Source: Vicugna vicugna
Lineage: Eukaryota
Direction of reading: 5' to 3'
Length of the DNA stretch: 64,000 nucleotides
Assembly (NCBI GenBank): GCA_013265495.1
Contig: MU058650.1
Coordinates: 523,394-587,393 of the forward strand
Below are positions 12,501 to 24,660 of the stretch, piece by piece (position 1 is the first letter of the stretch; each line of letters begins with the position of its first letter). Under the pieces are notes generated by a model. That model did not search any database. It saw nothing but the letters and a program-made list of their open reading frames with translations, and was not told where the DNA came from. Both the position numbers and the translations under genes were made by a program.

Positions 12501-14420
12501 CCCAATCACCTTGACAGTGAAAAACAGACAACCATAGCACAAAAATAGAAAATTACAGGTAAACATCACTGATGAACAAAGATGAAAAAATTCTCAACAA
12601 AATATTGGCAAACTGAATCCAACAACATATTAAAAGATCATAAACTATGATTAATTGGAATTTATCTCAGGAATACAAAGATTTTTCAATAGTCACAAAT
12701 CAATCAGTGTGATACACCACATTAACAAATTGAAGTATATAAATTATATGATCATCTCAATAGATGCAGAAAAGCTTTCCATAAAATTCAACATCCACTT
12801 ACAATAAAACTCTCCAGAAAGTGAGTATAGAGGGAACAGACCTCAACATAATAAAGGTCATATATGACAAACCCACAGCTAACATCATACTGAACAGTGA
12901 AAACCTGAAAGCATTTCCTCTTAGAACTAGAACAAGACAAGGTTACCTACTCTCGTCACTTTTATTCAACATCGTTTTGGAAATCTTAGCTAGACCAATC
13001 AGAGAAGAAAAGGAAATAAAATGGATCCAAATTGGAGAAGAAGTGAAACAGTTACTGTTGGCAGATGACATGAAACTATACACAGAAAATCCTAAAGATG
13101 CTACCAGAACACTACCAAAGCCCATCAATGAATTCAGTAGAGCTGAAGGATGTAAAACTAAAACACAAAAAACTGTTGCACTTCTAAACACTATTAATAA
13201 AGTATCAGCAATAAGGCAAGTAAACAATCTCATTTATCGTCACATCAAAAAGAATAAAATACCTAGGAATAAACCTACCTAAGGAGGCAAAAGACCTGTA
13301 CTCTGAAAACTGTAAGATGCCAACTGAAGAAAATGAAGAACAGACAAATAGATGGAAAGATATACTGTGTTCTTGGACTGGAAGACTCAATACTGTTAAA
13401 ATGGCCATACTATCCAAGGCAATCTACAGATTCAATGCAATCCCTATTAAATTTCCAATGATATTTTTCACAGAAGTAGAGCAAGTATTTTTTAAATTTT
13501 TATGGAAACACAAAAGATCCAGAATCACCAAAACAATCTTAAGAAGAACAGAGCTAGAGGAATCACACGCCTGACTTCAGACTATATGACAAAGCTACAG
13601 TAATCAAAACAGTATGGTGCTGGCACAAAAACAAACACACAGATCAATGGAACAGGATAGACAGTCCAGAAATAAACCCATGCACTTATAGTCAATCTAT
13701 GACGAAGGAGACAAGAATGTAAAATAGAGTAAAGACAGTCTCTTCAATAAGTGATGCTGAGAAGCCTGGACAGAGACACGTTAAAGAATAAAATTAGAAC
13801 ATTCTCTAACACCATATACAAAAATAAACTCAAAATGGATTAAAGACTTAAATGTAAAACCAGAGATTTTAAAACTCTTAGAGGAAAACACACAGAACCC
13901 TTTGACATAAATCACAGAAATTTTTTTATTGGATCCATCTCCTAAAGTAATAGATATAAAAGCAAAAATAAACAAATGGGGCCTAATTAAACTTAAAACC
14001 TTTTGCACAGCAAAGGTAACCACAGACAAAACAAAAAGACAACCCAGAGAATGGGAGAAAATATATGCAAACAGTGGGACTGACCAGGGATTAACTTCCA
14101 AAATATACAAACAGATCACACAGCTTAATATCAAAAACAAAAATAAAAACAAAAAAAGCAACCAAATCAAAAAACGGGCAAAAAACCTAAGTAGATATTT
14201 CTTCAAAGATGGCCAACAGACTACATGAAAAGATGCTCAATATCACGAAGTATTAGAGAAATGCAAATCAAAACCACAATGAGGTATAATCTCACATTGG
14301 TCATAATGGCCATCATTAAAAAGTCTATAAATGATAAATGCTGGAGAGGGTGTGGAGAAAAGGGAGCCCTCCCTCCTATACTGTTGGTGGGAATGTAAAT
14401 TGATGCAGCCAAGATGGAGA
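9590..14420 (+). mobile_element. Degenerate, rearranged LINE-1: 5'UTR, disrupted ORF1 (~10746-11650), partial ORF2 (~11950-14420)
   Basis: ORF1 peptides (RINPKRNTPRYIII, ITYKGTPIRLSADFSAETLQARREW) and ORF2 RT peptides ([42 protein letters not shown]). Many stops and frameshifts; endonuclease region and 3'UTR missing. Confidence 0.95.
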
Positions 14421-15874
14421 GGAGTCAATCCTGAAATCTTAAAAAAAAAAAAAAAAGCTTCTAACCTGCAAATGATTCAAATTACAAAGAAACTGCACTC
14501 TCCTCTACGCTGATGAGAAATAGTCAAAACTTTTTTGCTACTACCCATCAGATGCAGGCAAGAATCCCTAGTACACTTTCAAATAGTAATGAGCTGAGTG
14601 AAATTCGATATCATAACGATTTTCTTATTTCAGAGAACTGGAGAGACTTGTGTAATTAGCATTAGAGGTGTGATGTAAAGTCAATCTTAGGCCAAAAACC
14701 TTTGAATACAGCATGAAGCAGGGAAAGGTTTGGAATCACACTGATTTGGGTTTAAATCCCCCTTTTGCAGCTTGGCATCACTGACAAAGAAACTTAACAA
14801 GTTAGTGTCTCAAAATATGTTTCCCCAGCTATAAAAGTGAGCAACGGTGACCTCCCATTTCTGAGGCAAACATTATTTTGTGAATATTCAATAATAATAA
14901 TATTCAAACACTTCAGCATTTGTTACAGATCAGGCTGCTGCTCTAAGTACTTATATGAATTATTTCATCTTTCTAACAGCTCTAGGAGGTATTTAATTAT
15001 ATTATCCCCACTTAAAAATGAGAAATACGAAGTATGGAAAGATTAAGGAACTCATTCCAGTTAACACAGCTAGTAAGTATGTTTTCATACCTAAGTAGTC
15101 TGGCTCTAGTCTCTGCTCTGCATTACTATATTATAACATCATTATTGAATCAGTTAATCAATCAGTTCCCTTCCAGCCACCCTAACTCCAACTCATCTCA
15201 TTAAAACCCTGATACTATTACTTTTAACTTACTTTCAATGAAAGAGAAAACTGATCAGTTACCAAGTTATAGTAATAAGAACTATACTGGCAGAATTTAT
15301 TTATTGCTATCAATCGTTAATTCATCAACAAAAATGGTAAGTGGCTACTGCATCAACTAGTTCTCCAATATGTAAATATGTTAAGCATATGCTAATTCAC
15401 TAAGCAATTACGTGATTCCGAGTTATTCTAAGAAACTTCCCACACACAGGTCTTAATCCAAAGTAAAGTTAACTCTTCACAGTTCTATAGCCAATTAAAA
15501 GGCTGTTAAGTGCACATTCTAAATCATAAACCAAAAAGTACATACAAGTTAACAGAAGAGCAATAAATTACTGCTTATATAAAAACAGGTAACAACAAAA
15601 AGCTCCATTCCACATCAACTGATGATTCTGGAGTCGGGTGCACTTTATAGGGAGCTCTGCTTTCACAGAACTTCAGGGTCCCTGATATCAGGGAAATAGC
15701 GTGAGGACATGCCCCAAAGGTCATCCCCTCCATTCAGATCATTCGCACTTTTCCAGCAAATAATCCCGTGAAAACACTACTCTGACACTGACTTTAAATG
15801 AGCTAAGTTTTTGGAGACAATAAAGCCCCACTCTACAGAAAACCTTTAAAACAAAATTTTAATGAGTATTCTAT

Positions 15875-16220
15875 ACATATCATATGATACCACTTTATAT
15901 GTGGAATCTTTTTAAAAATGACACAAATGAACTTATTTACAAAACAGAAACACACTCACAGACACAGAAAACAAACTTGTAATTAACAGGTGGGAAAGGC
16001 AGGGTGTAGGGATAAACTGGGAGTTTGGGATTTGCAGATAGTAACTACAATGTATAAAATAGATAAACAGCAAGGTCTTACTGTATATCACAGGGAACTA
16101 TATTCACTACATTTTCATAGCCTATAATGAAAAAGAATATGAAAAGGAATATATATATATAACACAATCACTATGCTGTACACCAGAAATTAACCCACGG
16201 TAAACTGACTATACTTCAAC
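15875..16220 (+). mobile_element. L1 3'UTR fragment
   Basis: Homologous to the 3'UTRs at 22780-23115 and 25560-25900 (AATGAACTTATTTACAAAACAGAAAC..., TAAACTGACTATACTTCAA). Confidence 0.88.
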
Positions 16221-18473
16221 AACATTGTTTAACTATATATACTGTGTTAATACTTAGTAAATAACTGATGTTTATTAAAATAGTAGACCTCTGTTTGCTA
16301 TAATTCATTAGTAGATGAATTACCTTAGATCTTTCATTTCTATTTGATTTGTGCCCTACTGTGGAGTGACTTTATCCTGCACTGTGTATCCATCCTACAC
16401 ATCTATTTCCTATGGCTCTTGACACTACAACGAAACACCCACAACCCCAGTGACAGTGTTAAAGCCTGTTGAAACTGAAATGCTCAAAACCCTTGTTTAT
16501 TTTCAATTATATTATGGCAAAGGAAGCTACACAATTTTATCATCCTTTTCCCTTAAGGTTCCCTACTCAATCCTCTGTCTTCCTCTCCCCAACGTTACCT
16601 AAACCCAAGATACAGGATCAGGTGGCAACACTTAAGCAACACAGTACAGACCTTTCATGCTTCAGCATAGATGCTCCACTGTACCAATCAACTGTTACAA
16701 TTTCCAAGACGATAGTCGATGCTGTATAAACCTCGTAAGACTATAAACACAATTTAACTACTTAATTGGAGTTACAAATGAGTTTTGCAGATTACGGCTG
16801 GGAAAGGTTTACATTTTTCAGACAACTAAAATTGGAAGATCATTTTGGTACGCAAAAGACAAAGTACCAAATAAAGCACTAAAAGTATCAAGTAGGGAGG
16901 GCATTGTTCACAACTCTCTCTCTTTGTGTATCTTTTATGCCATTGCAACAAACTAAGGAGAGGTCTTCCTTAATATCCCTCATTTGTAAATAATGAGACA
17001 CTATAACAATATCCGGGTTTCTAAGCCAGCAAAAGAAAATGAATGGCAAAAATGTTGATGTCTACAAATAGTCCTTTGCCATTACTAACACAGGGCATAA
17101 ACTACTCTGTGACACGCACGTGTTTCCAGGGCGTTCTAGAGAAGAGGCCATGGGATGGAGGCATCACTGGTCTTCTGCAAACAAGCTTTCTCCTTCTCTT
17201 CAGGTTACCCTTTTCATTCCACGCCAAATACTAAACTCAAACTTCAGCCCGACGAGCCAGTAAATTATTGAACTATCTAGAGGACTTTACACTAAGTCAA
17301 TAGAGACAGTCATTTTGAAAAGAGACAAATTTGTTACTCTGATCGTATTTTCTGACCTATGACTTTGAATCATTTTTATGACAGATGAAATACAACATAC
17401 AGATGAGTGAACAAACACAGTTCTAGTCTCTACCACGACCACAACCCTGCAGCAGGTAAAGAAGGTAAGAGGAATACATATTCCCCAATTCCAGTCCACC
17501 AATATTCTACCCACACCTCCCAAAGGTGGTAAATATAAATCATAGAGTTGGAAAACTGCCCTCTGGTATTCACAGAGATTTTCAGGCATCTATTTTTTTC
17601 TTAAACTGGCTTAAATTCTATTTCTCCACACTAAACCCCTCCACTCAAAACAGGCTCTCTTTCTCGTATGTTGTTTTTCTGTCCAGTAAGTTAATCAACT
17701 CACATAAATGGTTGCACGGGAGACTTTAGGTATAATTTTTTTAAAAGATGAGGTCTAAGCAAACTAAGATTAATTACAATTCAGTGACTTGTTAAAGCAA
17801 AGAGCTTTCACTGAATATGACCAGTAAAGCAGTTGTCTGTGTCCTCAGTCTGTATTTCAAGAATTATGGAAGGACATTATTCAAAAGAGAACAGCCACCT
17901 CTTAGGCGTACACACCAGCATCTGGGGAATGGTAGCAGTCAGAGTTTTATTCTTCAAAAACTTAAATTTTTACAAGATTGTGCTTTTTTTACATTTTGAG
18001 AATAACCCATCATTATTTACAAGGAAAAATCAGATCAGAAAAAATACTGTCTTTTCTAGAAAAATGTAATACTTATGGAAATCCAAACCCTGTTATAGTC
18101 ACTTTCTAAATTATAAGTATTTATTTAAAAACTAGCCCTTCCCTAATGTCATCAGGCAGCAAACTGCTTGTCCTTTTAACTCATTAACTTAATCTATCAC
18201 ATGACACCTTCTGAAAGGCAGCTAAACTGTGCTGGGCCAACAGTATCACCTGATAGTTACTGTAGCAAATTGTCTGACCTAAAGTTTCTTATGGGAACTG
18301 TGCACACTTATTTGCAAGTCAGTTTGGATGTCTTTAGTTTTGCTTGTATCTTCACCGTCTTGAACACCTCTTACTCCCTCTAACTCAGTGATTCTCAAAG
18401 TGGCGAGCATAAGGAAAGACGATGTGAGATGCAGGGAATCATTTAGAAAATTGGTAAGTAAAGAGCAATTTTT

Positions 18474-18860
18474 GAGAAAGAAAAATACCATATGATACTA
18501 CTCACATGTGGAATCTAAAAAACAAACAAACAAAATAAAACAGAAGACAAATGAACTTAAACATAAAACAGAAACAGACTCAGAGACACAGAATGCAAGC
18601 TTGTGGCTGCCGGTGGGGAGGGAGATGGGAAGGGACAGACTGGGAGTTCGAGATTTATAAATACTGACAGGTATGTATAGAATAGATAAACAAGTTTATA
18701 TGTATCGCACAGGGAAATACAGTCAAGATCTTGTAGTAGCTCATGGTAAAAAAGAATATTAAAACGAATATATGTATACTCATGTACGATTGAAAAACTG
18801 TGCTGTACACCAGAAATTGACACAACATTGTAAACTGACCATGACTCAATAAAAACTTAA
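18474..18860 (+). mobile_element. 5'-truncated L1 3'UTR
   Basis: GAGAAAGAAAAATACCATATGAT...CAATAAAAA; degenerate TSD AAAGAGCAATTTTT (18460) / AAAGAACAAGTTTT (18861). Confidence 0.88.
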
Positions 18861-20008
18861 AAAGAACAAGTTTTCAATATATTAAACATCCCTCCGCCAA
18901 AATTCTGATACATCCCTGTTAGTGGCACATCATCTCACCTTACCCTTTCAGACAACACAATGTGTCAAAAGAAATAGATACTGCTTACAGGAGAGTCCTT
19001 AGAAACACAAAATCAGAAAACTGTGAACAGTTCTTGGGTAACACCCAACCCCATCCTCCCTTTACTCTCACCCTTATCTTCTGCACTAATAATGTTTACT
19101 TACATAGTATGACCTTTCTGCAGTTGCACTAAGATTTAAGTAAATAGATCTTTGGCCTTCCTCTTCACAGCCCATGATGTCTTGGACAAACCACTGAACA
19201 TCTATATACCTCCCCTCACAAAAGGTCCCTGTTCTTATTATAAAATTTTACATTTATAAAAGTTACCTAGGAAGAAAATATAGTCATGTGTACCTGAGTC
19301 CCAGCTTGAGAGTAGAAGCCAGGTCTGCCTCTGGCAGTCAGATACGTTTAGCAAAATCTGGTAAATTCATGGGTTAAGGTCACCTGGAATCTGTTTGTAA
19401 GAGGGACTCAGATGTCCAGGGAAAGTACTCATCCTAAAGGGAAAGAAAGGGAAGCACGTCTTCCCTAGTCCCCAAAACCTGATCCTGAGAGGCAGGTGCC
19501 TCTGAGTTTTGTAGGGAGTCAGTCACTAAGGTTTGCTGTTCCCTACCACCACTCTGCAGCACTCAGTGGACTTCTGTCTGAGTCATAAGGAGAAAATAAG
19601 ACTCAAAACAAAAAAGAAAAATTGAAAGAGGTATTTTTCCCTAAAAAACTCTGTAAGACATTAGAGCAAAAAAGATTCCTGCTATGGTATCGACTCTGCA
19701 TATAAAGCAGGTAGCTCTCATACCCCAAGGACTTCAGAGCATAAGACGGTACGTCTGAATTACAGTATCTTGTGGCTATGTGATTCAGTACCGCTTAAAA
19801 CAGTATCCCTTACCATGCTGAGAGCACCTAAAAACAGCCCTCTGTAATAAATACTAGTATCTTCAAGGTGGACGCCCGCCATGCCCCATAAGAAGGGCAC
19901 AGACTTCCACAGATGACCTGGCTCACTGCCTTTGAGTTGTAGCGTCTACTGTGAGTATCTGTGAGCCACTCTCCAGGCTCAGCCGGGGCATTCCAGAAAC
20001 AGTGAGTA

Positions 20009-20010
<2 letters not shown>

Positions 20011-20079
<69 letters not shown>
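20011..20079 (+). repeat. (TAA)23 microsatellite
   Basis: Perfect trinucleotide run; explains the poly-Leu and poly-Ile pseudo-ORFs. Confidence 0.97.
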
Positions 20080-20082
<3 letters not shown>

Positions 20083-20417
20083 GTCTTGGCTTTGAGAAAA
20101 GAGAAAGAGCCCCAATTTGAGCTGAGAGTAAGAATACAGATTTCAGGAAGCGAGTAACACTAACATATGAATACTTGTAAAAGTCTGCCTGGAATGTAAG
20201 CATTTTTAATGTGATGTTTTCTAATTTCCAAGTGAATGGCACACGTGTAATTTCCACTTAAACATCATCACAAGTGTTGAAATTAAATCACTTGAACACA
20301 AGGTCTTGCCATAGTCTCCAAATCTCTCCTTAGGAGAAAATGAAACACTTATCCTTTTCCTTTCCCCCCTTTCCCCTCATTCATTCTCTCAACCTTTTAA
20401 ATATGCAGTTACTATAC

Positions 20418-20539
20418 CGAGTACGTTAGCAGTGCACTGCAGAATGCCTGAGACCTCTTCAACGTCTTCTTTGTTGGAATGGTCTGCGTAGGAGCATCGG
20501 TTAGAGATATTGTAGAAATTCTTTTCTGCATCCCTGTAA
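20418..20539 (-). CDS. GUCY1A2: GUCY1A2 coding exon 3 (122 nt, phase 2 to 1)
   Basis: Acceptor TTTTCTTCTTAG|TTAC and donor CTCG|GTATAG. Translates (G)YRDAEKNFYNISNRCSYADHSNKEDVEEVSGILQCTANVL(G), in frame with exon 2. Confidence 0.95.
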
Positions 20540-20949
20540 CTAAGAAGAAAACAAAATTAGCATACAGGGAAATTTTTAAAGCATCTGCGAATACAGCTAC
20601 ACAAAAGCATAATCACATTTTAAAATAACTGAAGCTTTAAGACATAATTTCTGGCATAACCCACCATTAACATCAGCATGAGCAGTGCGGACCTGGAACT
20701 GGAAGCAATCACTAATAAGAAGCAACCAGAACATACATCAGTTTGTAGAGCTAATGTTTCTTTATTTGAATGCTTTATAGCTGCTGGCAATTTGTTTCTA
20801 TATGGAGTTTGCCTACAAGAAGAAGAATTAACACAGCTAATTTGGTGCACTGCCACTAGCTACACTGAAAGTAAATACATCTTCACCTCTGTCACAGCCA
20901 AGGCGACAGCAGTGCGGTGCGTGGGTAACAAACACGCAAATAAAGCGTT

Positions 20950-21110
20950 TGGGGTCCAATAAACCCGTATCACAGGCCGGCCATTCGCTGTCTGTGAGAC
21001 TTGGGGCCAGCAATCTAGTCCCTGTTAGTCTAACTTTCCTCCGCGTAATAACACGGAGACGCCCCCCCCCCCCAGGGCTCTTGTGAGGACTGAAAGACAG
21101 GCTGCCTGTG
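20950..21110 (+). mobile_element. MIR SINE, GC-shifted
   Basis: CTGTGAGACTTGGGGCCAG..CTTTCCTC..CAGGGCTCTTGTGAGGACTGAAAGA follows the MIR core layout. Confidence 0.6.
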
Positions 21111-21285
21111 TGGACGGGAACTTTCCAGGCGCCTCTGAACTAGCCAGGGCACCGCAGCTGAAGACCGCGGGGCTCAAACGCGCCCCCGTCCCAGAGGAGC
21201 CATCGCTGCCACCGCTGCCTCACCACGGCATACAGCGGCGACGGAACGGGGAAAACCTGGTAAGAAATCATTGGAAGAGTGAATC

Positions 21286-21332
21286 CACACCCACACACAC
21301 ACACACTCACACACACACACACACTCACACAC
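21286..21332 (+). repeat. Interrupted (CA)n microsatellite
   Basis: CA run with CC/CT interruptions. Confidence 0.9.
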
Positions 21333-21462
21333 GAAGGCCTCTCGCTCTCGGTGATACCCGCCGACGTGGTGGACCCCCTGCTCACCCTCTGCACCTGACC
21401 CGGTGGAGGACTCCAGAGAAAGGTATTAACAGGGAAAAGAGACAGTGCCAGATTGGGAGTGG

Positions 21463-21670
21463 CCTGCCAAGGCATGGAAATAACAGCAAAAATTAACAAA
21501 TAGGATCTAATTAAAATTACAAGCTTTTGCACAACAAAGGAAACCATATACAAAAGGAAAAGACAGCCTGCAGCCTGGGAGAAAACACTTGCAAACAGTG
21601 CAACTGACAAGGGCTTCCCCTCCAGCATATACAAACCGTCCGGCCATTCGGCAAGGCACAAAAAATACGA
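21463..21670 (+). mobile_element. Isolated internal L1 ORF2 fragment, near-identical to part of the L1 at 24661-25903
   Basis: 21521-21636 matches 24800-24915 at 113/116 nt. Confidence 0.9.
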
Positions 21671-22593
21671 GCTTCCCGTGGGTTAGGGAGGCGTCACTGA
21701 AGAGAGGTGAGCCTGGGCTGTCTCATCCTACTGCTTTCCCAGTCTAGAAGCTGCAGCCAGGGACAGGGACTCCTCGAGAAAGACTGCGGAGTAAAGTCCA
21801 CGTGACTGAGCCGGCGCGCTGCCGCAGTAGAGGCAGAGCCCTGCATATACCTCGCCGGGGGCATCACAGCCAAGAAAGAATTATCACCACCACCAGTGAC
21901 CTAAACAAGGCTTCCAATCTTTTACATTTCCTTGCTGCCTGATAAAACACATCAGGAGAGAAAGGGAACCAGAAAGGACTGGACGAGAGGAGAGAAGTAA
22001 AAAATCACATGATATCCCCCCTACACTGCATTCCAAGCTCCTCAAGCCAAGGGCTGACCCAGGCGGAGAGGGACAGAAGAATGAGACTGGACATGAGACT
22101 GAAGGTCTGAACTGGTCAGAAGTGGACCTTAAACTCCCTGAAGTTTGGAAAGCAGAGCAGTCTAGCCAACCTAGAATCAAAGAGGGCTCATCCCAGCATG
22201 TCTGAAGTGACTGGAGAGAGAAAATAAAAGGGTTTCATATTTGTACACCTCACTACGATCAGATTCCAATAAACCGGTTAAGCAAAATGCTTTACTACAG
22301 TTTCAAGGATGCAGGAATCACTCAGTAAATGTGGAATGGGAAGCACAGTTGCTAAACACAGACAAAATACAAGTTTATGCAAGTGCTAACATCTTAATCA
22401 GAGTGACTTCAAATATTTTTTCTCACAGCCTCAATTTTCTCACCTGTAGAAAGAAACTTAATATAATGATCCTATTAAATAAATTGTTAGTATTAAATAA
22501 AATAACAGATATAAAGTACCCAGTATATTACTTCAAAAATAGAGAGCAATCAATAGATAACTAGCTTTCATCTAATTTACTGTTTTTATTCAG

Positions 22594-23145
22594 TAAAAGA
22601 CATGGAAACAACCTAAATGTCCATTGACAGATGACTGGATAAAGAAGTTGTGGTATATTTATACAATGGAATACTACGCAGCCATAAAAAATAATGAAAT
22701 GCCAGCAACATGGATGGACCTGGAGATTGTCAAACTAAGTGAAGTAAGTCAGGAAGAGAAGGAAAAATACTATATGATATCACTCAAATGCAGAATCTAA
22801 AAAAAAAGAAGACAAAATGAACTTATTTATAAAACAGAAACAGACTCACAGACATAGAAAACAAACTTATGGTTACAAGGGGGGAAGGAGGTAGGAAGGG
22901 ATAAATTGAGAGTTTGAGATTTGCAGATACTGACTACTATATATATAAAATAGATAAACAACAAGTATACTATATAGCACAGGAAACTATATTCAATATC
23001 TTGTAGTAACTTACAGTGAAAAAGAATATGAAAACGAATATATGTATGTTCATATATGACTGAAGCACTGTGCTGTGCACCAGAAATTGACAACATTGTA
23101 CACTGACTATATGTCAATAAATATATACATAAAGAAAAAGAAAAA
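22594..23145 (+). mobile_element. 5'-truncated L1 (ORF2 end + 3'UTR)
   Basis: AGACATGGAAACAACCTAAATGTCCATTGACAGATGACTGGATAAAGAAG... to CAATAAA and an A-rich tail. Confidence 0.9.
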
Positions 23146-24660
23146 GTTAAAAAATTGATATTCTATGTAAACGTATCAAAAAGAAGCCAGATCACTTTTT
23201 AGGTAAAATAATTTAAAGCCACAAAATCTGACCATGAGACCATGAAGTAATATCATTGAAGTCTGTTTCCCAGAATAATCAGGGCTAACCCACTTCTAAT
23301 TTCCCTTCTAATGTTCTATGGAAATTATTCTAGCTATTCAATTGTCAAAAAAAAAAGAGAGAGAGAGAGAGAGAGAACAGAAGGTTGGCTGTATAAAACA
23401 AACACAGGGCGCACGGTGATAATTGGAGTCATAGTTTAATCTGAGATGACTATAGGAAATGGTGTCCCAGGCCAATATGAGGTTGGCGGCAGTCCCACCT
23501 GTGATATTAGCACAAGGATGCTTATTCTGGCAGAAAGTATAAAATGAATGGCATGATTCTGAAAATATATTTATTTATACTGTGGTGGTTAAGATATATA
23601 ACAAATAAAAACTATATCTCAGAAAGATTTTCATGTGTTATCCAATCCAAGTTTTAAAGAAACCCCTACTTTGTCTTCACTACAATAGTAATCTGGGTTT
23701 TTTGACCTAGAGACCAGTAGGAGTCACGTAGTATAAACAGGAGTGAGAGCAGTTGGGTTAGGCATTCTAGAGGAAGAAATTTAGATTTTAAAAAAATCCA
23801 AATTCTCTGCAAGAAGAAAACTGTAGCTGGAATGTGAACTGGATATGTTTAGTTTCTGATGCTAAACAACTGATTCCAAACTTTCAAAGGCTCCAGGAAG
23901 ACAGTTAAAGCACACAGCAAGAGGAAACAGGGAAAGACAACAAAAATTGAGGACAAAAAAGTCAGATACAATAGTGGTAATAATGATTCAACAAACGTAT
24001 TGATTCCCTTTGTGTACCAAGCACTGCACTGCTTTATGTGATTACATGACTTACCACGTTATTATAATTAATCTTTCATTTGAACTTCACCCCTATTCTG
24101 CTATTATTCTCATTTTTTTAAATGAGAGACTCAGGGAGATTAAGGAATCTGTCCACGATCATTCAAAGGTACAACCTGACTTTAAATCTAGTAAATCTGG
24201 CATGTCTACTTCCAAAGCACATTTTCTCAGTCCCTTGCTCTGTACTACACAGTAAAGATGCACAGAGAAAAGGGCCCAAGGTAACAGCAAGAATGACATC
24301 ACAAAAATTGTCCTCATAAACCAGATTTTCCCCAGTTCTGTGTTCCTTTTAATTCCTAAGGCAAACATTGCCCATCTCTTACTTACCCATTTTGCTTCTC
24401 ACTATTCTTCCCCACTCCCGCACCCCCATACTGCCCCCCAAACTAGTCCATTTCCTAAAACCTTGAGTTAAAGAAAGACTAACATAAAGACATACACTTC
24501 AATGCCTCCTTTCCTCATTTTGGGTTGAGGGAAGAAGCCTGTGCTACATAAACAAGAAGCTATCCAAGTGAAATGCATATGTAGAGTTTATATAGCAAAC
24601 AAAATTTACCACAAACTCAATCTGACATATTGTAGTAGAACATGAAGCATAAATGAAAAC

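Noticed and set aside
11017..14513. ORFs with RT and ORF1p similarity as a possible active or domesticated reverse transcriptase system
   Set aside because: They are fragments of one decayed L1 with many stops and frameshifts and no endonuclease domain.
19828..20257. Poly-Leu and poly-Ile ORFs resembling membrane proteins
   Set aside because: Translation of the (TAA)23 microsatellite.
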